This document shows positions 56,848 through 64,000 of a stretch of 64,000 nucleotides of DNA, in pieces (the stretch's first letter is position 1; the number at the start of each line of letters is the position of its first letter). Source of the stretch: Octopus vulgaris (lineage: Eukaryota); contig OX597824.1 of assembly GCA_951406725.2 (NCBI GenBank), positions 74,772,001 through 74,836,000 of the forward strand, in the 5' to 3' direction. The notes under the pieces are model-generated. The model searched no databases, had not been told where the DNA came from, and worked only from the letters and a program-made list of their open reading frames with translations. The translations under genes were made by a program, and so were the position numbers.

Positions 56848-56943
56848 AAAAAAGAATTCCAACCTTGTCTGATTTTCACGTTTTATTTACAATCTTATAA
56901 TGATATAATATAATATAATATAATAAAATAAAATAAAATAAAA

Positions 56944-56992
<49 letters not shown>

Positions 56993-57114
56993 GACGGGCT
57001 TCTTTGAGTTTCCGTCTACTAAATCCACTCACAAGGCTTTGGTTGGCCGAAGGCTATTGTAGAAAACACTTCCCCAAGGTACAACGCAATGGAACTGAAC
57101 TCCTAACCAAGATG

Positions 57115-57149
57115 GTTTAACGTTTCGAGCAAAGCTCTTCTTTAGAAAT
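57115..57149 (-). ncRNA. Degenerate minimal hammerhead-like motif (same repeat as 43470-43680)
   Basis: Minus strand: ATTT-CTAAAGAA-GAGC-TTT-GCTC-GAAACGT-T-AAAC; core G5 is mutated. Confidence 0.45.
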
Positions 57150-57222
57150 AGAGGAAAGTTCAATAAAAAAGGAAGACGGAGGGAAAAAATCGCCAACGAT
57201 TCACATGTGGTTACATTTTGAA

Positions 57223-57278
<56 letters not shown>

Positions 57279-58170
57279 ATATTTCGGAATAGTCATTTGT
57301 TTTTCTGGCCAAATAAACTCACGCACTCGTATGTATTGGTTCTTCTGAACTGTACAGACACGCGGGATGGAAAGTCTCTAAAGAGGTCACATGTGTGCGA
57401 CGAAAGAATTTTAGACAATGGACATAAAATAAGAAGAAATACCATCTGTAAACGGAACAGTAAAGTTATGCAAGACTTTTCTCAGATTAAAAATTTTTAG
57501 ATTGTTTTCTTCATCGACATTCCAAAGATGGTGCTTAGTATATTTGGTAGAAACCATCACCCTCTTCAGAGGAAGAATTTAAATGATTAAAAACCGAAGA
57601 GACATTCATACATACATACATACATACATACATACATACATACATACATACATACATACATACACACACTTATATGTGTGCGTGTTGTTTACTTGTTCTC
57701 ACTTATTTCCCACGATTAGACTTCCACGCCATGCGGCTTTCTGGAAATAGCTTTTACTTTCATCTTTCATTTCGGCATTATATTGATTGGACTGCTTTGA
57801 GTCTTTATGGTTATCGTTTTTCACTGCCTGGAGAATATAAATATTCTTTTATCAACGCATTGTTTATGGTTGTCATCATTTCATTTGCAAATTCGTTGTT
57901 TGATAGTTTTTTTTTTTTGGTTTTTTCGTTAGTTACATTGTCGTTTATATGTCTGCTGTTAATTATTTCTTTTCCTGAAGTCGTTTCCCTATATATCATT
58001 TCATATTAACCAAATTATTTGTCATTCTGTTCGCGAGTTTGTTTATTGACAACTTTAACAAATTTAGGTAAGACTGACATATGTACAACAACTGAACCAG
58101 CTAACGAACGAGAGTTTAACTAGTAAACAACTATAATAAACAAGACACGGCAGGGAAAACAGCATGCGGA

Positions 58171-58405
58171 AGGCAGCGAGCTGGCAGAAACGTTAGCACG
58201 CCGGGCGAAATGCGTAGCCGTATTTCGTCTGCCGCTACGTTCTGGGTTCAAATTCCGCCGAAGTCGACTTTGCCTTTCATATTTTCGGGGTCGATAAATA
58301 AAGTACCAGTTACGCACTGTGGTTGATATAATCGACTTAATCCATTTGTCTGTCCTTGTTTGTCCCTTCTGTGTTTAGCCCCTTGTGGGTAGTAAAGAAA
58401 TAGGT
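58171..58405 (+). mobile_element. SINE family B, full length
   Basis: Same as 39558-39790. Confidence 0.9.
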
Positions 58406-58870
58406 ATCGCAATACACTAGTTGAGAATATTCACGACTTCGAAAGACACGGTATTGGCCGGGGAATAAAACGCGCTTTCTCTATTTTCTTTCGCTTTTTT
58501 ACATTTTTTAAATGTATCCGAATATTACCCTGCGTCTGATGCAACTGTATTATGGATGAGAGACCGAGTGTCGTTGGCTTGGGAATTAGATGTACATTGG
58601 CACGGTTATTGTTACTAACAATAAAACATTGAAAACAAGCTAAATTATCATAACTTAACACAAAATTGATCAAACAGAAATAACTCGAAGTGGCTAGGTG
58701 CATGTATTTGAGTAACATGGACAAATACAGGTATATCAAATATCATACATGCAGACGCATACATACATACGCACATACATAATACATGCACACATACATA
58801 CATACATACATACATACATACATACATACATACATACATACATACATACATACATACATACATACATACA

Positions 58871-59519
58871 TGATGATGACTGCCCCCTCGTTATCGAGTA
58901 TGACCATTGCACGAAGCTTAACTGTTATTGGTGCTGTGATCGAATGTGACTTTTATTTGCTTTTTAAGGCTACAGCCAGTCATTCAGTTGAGACTCACAG
59001 CACCATCAACAATCATGAACAATGTTGTTATCGTGCAATGCCTGTGCAGGAAGTTTTTTTTTAAGTGAGGAAAGGCTGTGCACTGAGTCAATCCCACTCA
59101 CTAAGCAACAGCAGCCATAATCCGAAAAGAAGAACAAGTCAACATCATCGGTAACCACTGAGCAGCAGATTTTATGTCGGAGTTAACCCAGTTACCTGAG
59201 TTACCTTCTCCTAGAAGGATGCCCTAACAAAGGCTAGGAGTCCTTCACTCCCAATGGTTTAACCGCGCGATCGAGTATTCAGTCCGATTATTTCTATGTC
59301 CCCGCGCATGATACAGCCTTAAGACTTTTATTGGATGGCCGTTGACTCTCAAGAGTTCCTCCGCCCTTTGACAGGTTTTGTTTTTCATCCCGCAGGGTGT
59401 CTAATAAACACCCTCCTCACCAAGCAAGCTTGGTGGGGTTGCCGGTTTAGTCGCCGACGACCCGACCATGCAACTGGTTGTACTGGGTTACATGTTACCA
59501 GTAGCACTCGAAAGTGACC
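58871..59519 (-). mobile_element. Short non-coding RTE-related retroelement inserted in (TACA)n
   Basis: Minus strand has GGCATCCTTCTAGGAGAAGGTAACT (resembling the RTE 5'-UTR motif), several hairpins at the 5' end and a (TCA)n tail; (TACA)n on both sides. Confidence 0.55.
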
Positions 59520-59580
59520 TGACATACATACATACATACATACATATATACATACATACATACATACATACATACATACA

Positions 59581-59611
<31 letters not shown>

Positions 59612-60265
59612 CATGAACTAACTTTCTTTCTCAGATGCAGCACTAAGCTTTGTCAGTGAACAGATCGCGGTCTCAAAGCGACGAAAATATTTTGACAAAT
59701 TAAATTTAAATGTTGAAGTGAATCTAACAGATGTAGTGTGTTTCTTAAATGGCTTATAAACACCTTCCACGCTGCAATTGTTTTCATTCGAGACCACGAT
59801 CTCAGATCAGGTCACTTGCTATGCAAGTACATTTCCGTAACATACACTATATTTTCTTGATTTATTAAAATCATCTCTGCCTCTAGAGAATGTTTTACAA
59901 TTACCAATTACCAATTTCAGAATAACCAATTACCTTATTTAGTAAATAGCAATAAAGACAAGCTCCACTTAAGAAAGGGAAACAATTTCAGGAATCAAGA
60001 ATTCTCTAAAACTGACATGTGATTCAGAAAACGGACAAATTATCATAGTTTGTCGGCACAAACGAAAAATTGCTTACAATATGTCGGCATTTATACAATC
60101 ACATTTTCTCACTGTACTTCTTTCTCCACACCCGATATCTGTCTTACTTAATAAACTGTATTATATTAAAAAAACATTTCAAGGAGGTATAGCACAGCAA
60201 GAAATATGAGCTTCATATCCTTCATAACAATTCTCTTGAATAAAATATAAACAAATTTACAGTTA

Positions 60266-60724
60266 GGCGTAGGAGTGGGTGTGTGGTAAGTAACTTGCTT
60301 ACGAGCTACATGGTTCCGGGTTCAGTCCCACTGCGTGGCACCTTGGGCAAGTGTCTTCTACTGTAGCCTCGGACCGACCAAAGCCTTGTGAGTGGATTTG
60401 GTAGACAGAAACTGAAAGAAAACCCGTCGTATATATGTATATTTTTCTTTATTGCCCACAAGGGGCTAAACATAGAAGGGACAAACAAGGACAGACGAAC
60501 GGATTAAGTTGATCGCATGGACCCCAGTGCGAAACTGGTACTTTATTTATCGACCCCGAAAGGATGCAAGGCAAAGTCAACCTCGGCGGAATTTGAACTC
60601 AGAACTTAACGACAGACGAAATACTGCTAAGCATTTCGCCCGGCGCGCTAACGTTTCTGCCAGCTCGCCGCCTTAGTCGTATATATATATATATACACAC
60701 AAACATATACACACATACATGTAT

Positions 60725-60796
<72 letters not shown>

Positions 60797-61030
60797 ATAT
60801 ACATGTATGTGTGTATATGTTTCTGTGTCTGTGTTTGTCTCTCCAACATCGCTTGACAACTGACGCTGGTGTGTTTACATTCCCGTAACTTAGCGGTTCG
60901 GCAAAAGAGATCAATAGAATAAGTACTAGGCTTACAAAGAATAAGTCCCGGGGTCGATTTGCTCGAGTAAAGGCGGTGCTCCAGCATGGCCGCAGTCAAA
61001 TGACTGAAACAAGTAAAAGAGTAAAAAAGA
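60266..61030 (+). mobile_element. SINE family A with a nested antisense family B SINE (60445-60673)
   Basis: Family A head and tail are separated by a complete reverse family B copy; GTCGTATATAT occurs on both sides of the insert. Confidence 0.9.
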
Positions 61031-61785
61031 GAGAGTTAAAATACGGGTATTGTCAAAATTATTAATGATAAATGAAATGTTTTATGCTTTATTCATATCA
61101 CATTATTCACTGCTTTATTCATATCACATTATTCACCGAATGAGATACTTTTTTCCCCGCAAAATTTTCTTTGTAAAACTGAGGTGCATCTTATGCGGGG
61201 GAACATCTAATACGCCAGCAAATATGGTATCAGATTAAAACATAGGGTTGCGGTTGAATGAATCTTGAAGTAAGTAGTCCAGATGTTAACGGATGTAGCT
61301 TACGGAACAGAAATTTCAGAACTTCGATTATTAATAGCTTGTCACTCTTCGTTTAATTACATTGTTCAATCGAGAATATAATATATTTGGATGCCAAAAT
61401 CTGATTGAATTTACACGCACGTAAATTAATTTGTATATATAACTGTTGCAATTTATATGCGGGGTAAGTCAATTCCTGTGACAAGTGTTAAATATAATCC
61501 ATTTTACCCCAGGTACAGTATGAAACCAGCTCAAATATACAAATTACTTCACAAAAGTGGTAAAGTGGAGAAGTCACTTTTCTATGAAATAATATATTGT
61601 AATTCTCGCCAAGGCTGCAGGTTTTAAACGGCAACTGGGAAGCTAAAATAATCGGAAAGCGGCCGTTTAATTAATCATTGTGGGTTGTATCATTACAACT
61701 CATGTAATAGGAAGTGTACTCACGTACATGTGGTGGTGGTGGTGGTGTGTGTGTGTGTGTGTGTATATGTGTGGGTGTGTATGTA

Positions 61786-62587
61786 TACTCTTTTTTACTC
61801 TTTTACTTGTTTCAGTCAGTTTGACTACGACCATGCTGGAGCACCGCCTTTTACTCGAGCAAATCGACCCCAGGACTTATTCTTTATAAGCCTAGTACTT
61901 ATTCTATCGGTGTCTTTTGCCGAACCGTTAAGTTACGGGGACGTAAACACACCAGCATCGGTTGCCAAGCGATGTAAGGGGACAAACACAGATACACAAA
62001 CATACACGCACACACACATATACATATACACGACGGGCTTCTTCCAATTTCCGTCTATCAATTCCACTCACAAGGCTTTGGTCGGCCCGAGGCTATAGTA
62101 GAAGACACTTACCCAAGGTGCCACACAGTAGACCATGTAGTTGGTAAGCCACTCCTGAGCCTATATATATATATACTTTCTTATACTCTTTACTCTTTTA
62201 CTTGTTTCAGTCATTTGACTGCGGCCATGCTGGAGCACCGCCTTTAGTCGAGCAAATCGACCCCGGGACTTATTCTTTGTAAGCCCAGTACTTATTCTAG
62301 CGGTCTCTTTTGCCGAACCGCTAAGTTACGGGGACGTAAACACACCAGCATCGGTTGTCAAGCAATGCTAGGGGGACAAACACAGACACACAAACACACA
62401 CACACATACATATATACATATATACGACAGGCTTCTTTCAGTTTCTGTCTACCAAATCCACTCACAAGGCATTGGTCGGCCCGGGGCTATAGCAGAAGAT
62501 ACTTGCCCAAGGTGCCACACAGTGGGACTGAACCCGGGACCATGTAGCTGGTAAGCAGTTACTTACCACACAGCCACTCCTGAGCCT
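61786..62587 (-). mobile_element. Two tandem SINE family A copies
   Basis: 61786-62161 and 62185-62587, both ending CACTCCTGAGCC(TA)nCTTTCTT. Confidence 0.92.
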
Positions 62588-62757
62588 ATATATATATATA
62601 TATATATATATACTTTCTTTCTTATATATACTTTCTTATTGAATCTGGAAAAGTATCACAAGATGATCACAAAAAATTGCTACTCAGCGTTTCATGTTCC
62701 TGTTCGCCGGACGGCTGTGATTGAGAATGGGACAAGAATTAAGGTTATATGTATAAA

Positions 62758-63056
62758 CTAGCAGTATCGCCCGGCGTTGCTCGGGTTTGTAAGGGAAATA
62801 ACTATATAAGCATTTTTAGAGAGTTACTTCCCTTATATAATAGCAAAAAAATGCATCAAAAGTGGGAAAAAATTATGGTAAATTGTTTTTAAAATCGTAG
62901 ACTCCTCGTAGACGCACGCTAATACCCAGGAGGGCTCGATATGAATCACGACTATAAGATACCCGCTTTTGGTTAAACTGCACCGCAAAATGTGGGAGTA
63001 GTTAGGAATCTAAATCGTAGGAGACAGACACACAACTTCACTTTTATATATAAAGA
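62758..63056 (-). mobile_element. Non-autonomous Helitron-like element
   Basis: Shorter reverse-complement copy of 6173-6565 with TC and CTAG ends. Confidence 0.87.
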
Positions 63057-63312
63057 TATATTATACGATTTACATTGATAGATACACATTTGAATTTGGT
63101 TTCATTCCCTTGGTCATTTCAACTAACGATTTTTTAAGGAACAGTGATATAAATAATAATATTAAAAATTAAAAGGCTTAAATATCTTATTGTGTAAAAT
63201 CGAAGAAAATCTTAAATCAAAAATAAATTTTAGTTTTGAAGGAAAATATATATATGCCAAGAATAAATCAATTAATGGTAAAATAAGTTTAATTAATATA
63301 AATGTGAGTCTA

Positions 63313-63712
63313 AGGCAGCGAGCTGGCAGAAACGTTAGCACGCCGGGCGAAATGCCTGGCGGTATTTCGTCTGCCGTTACGCTCTGAGTTCAAATTCCGC
63401 CGAGGTCGACTTCGCCTTTCATCCTTTCGGGGTCGATAAATTAAATGCCAGTTGCGCACTGGGGTCGATATAATCGACCTAATCCGTTTGTCTGTCCTTG
63501 TTTGTCCCCTCTGTGCTTAGCCCCTTGTGGGTAGTAAAGAAACAGGTATTTCGTCTGCCGCTACGTTCTGAGTTCAAATTCTGCCGAGGTCGACTTTGCC
63601 TTTCATCCTTTCGGGGTCGATTAAATAAGTACCAGTTACGCACTGGGGTCGATATAATCGACTTAATCCGTTTGTCTGTCCTTGTTTGTCCCCTCTGGTC
63701 GACTTTGCCTTT
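63313..63712 (+). mobile_element. SINE family B with tandem partial re-iterations
   Basis: One full copy followed by two restarted internal segments. Confidence 0.9.
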
Positions 63713-64000
63713 CATATAATATTGAGATCTGGGGACTGTGATGGCCAGATAAGATGTTCAACTTCACAAGAATGTTCCTCGTGCCATTCAGTAACAACTT
63801 TAGCTGTGTGAATTGGTGCATTATCATCCTGAAAGATTGCTTTTCCCCCCAGAAACAGTTTCGCAAACATAGGATGAATTCGATGAGATAAAATGCTTAA
63901 ATAGTCTTCTCTATTACTTCTGACATGAAGGGTTTCAAAGATATAGCGCCCCAAATCATCACAGATCCTCCTACATGTTTTACAGTTTGAAGAAGGTAGT
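63713..64000 (-). mobile_element. Tc1-family transposase fragment
   Basis: IFQDDNAPIHTAK...WPSQSPDLNIIE DDE-domain motifs in ORF 63712-63954. Confidence 0.9.

Overview
AT-rich, repeat-saturated eukaryotic DNA. The tRNA-derived SINE families, the density of (TA)n/(TATG)n/(TAA)n microsatellites and the transposon mix look like a cephalopod (octopus-type) genome, which is an inference from repeat content. I cannot support any intact host protein-coding gene. Nearly all supplied ORFs are microsatellite read-through, SINE sequence or retroelement and transposase debris. The most informative non-TE signal is a heavily decayed Toll-like receptor on the minus strand, scattered over about 1-14,780 and split by many insertions; its remnant motifs run signal peptide, LRRs, two cysteine clusters, TM, TIR. 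Other highlights: a stack of R4/Dong-clade retroelement ends inside a (TAA)n tract; six hammerhead-ribozyme motifs of the Penelope type, two of them in an inverted pair; a TIR element with internal TTAGGG repeats bounded by an approximately 200-bp duplication; Helitron, mariner/Tc1, RTE/RTEX, solo-LTR and foldback elements; and several local duplications. Boundaries of degraded elements are approximate (read by eye).
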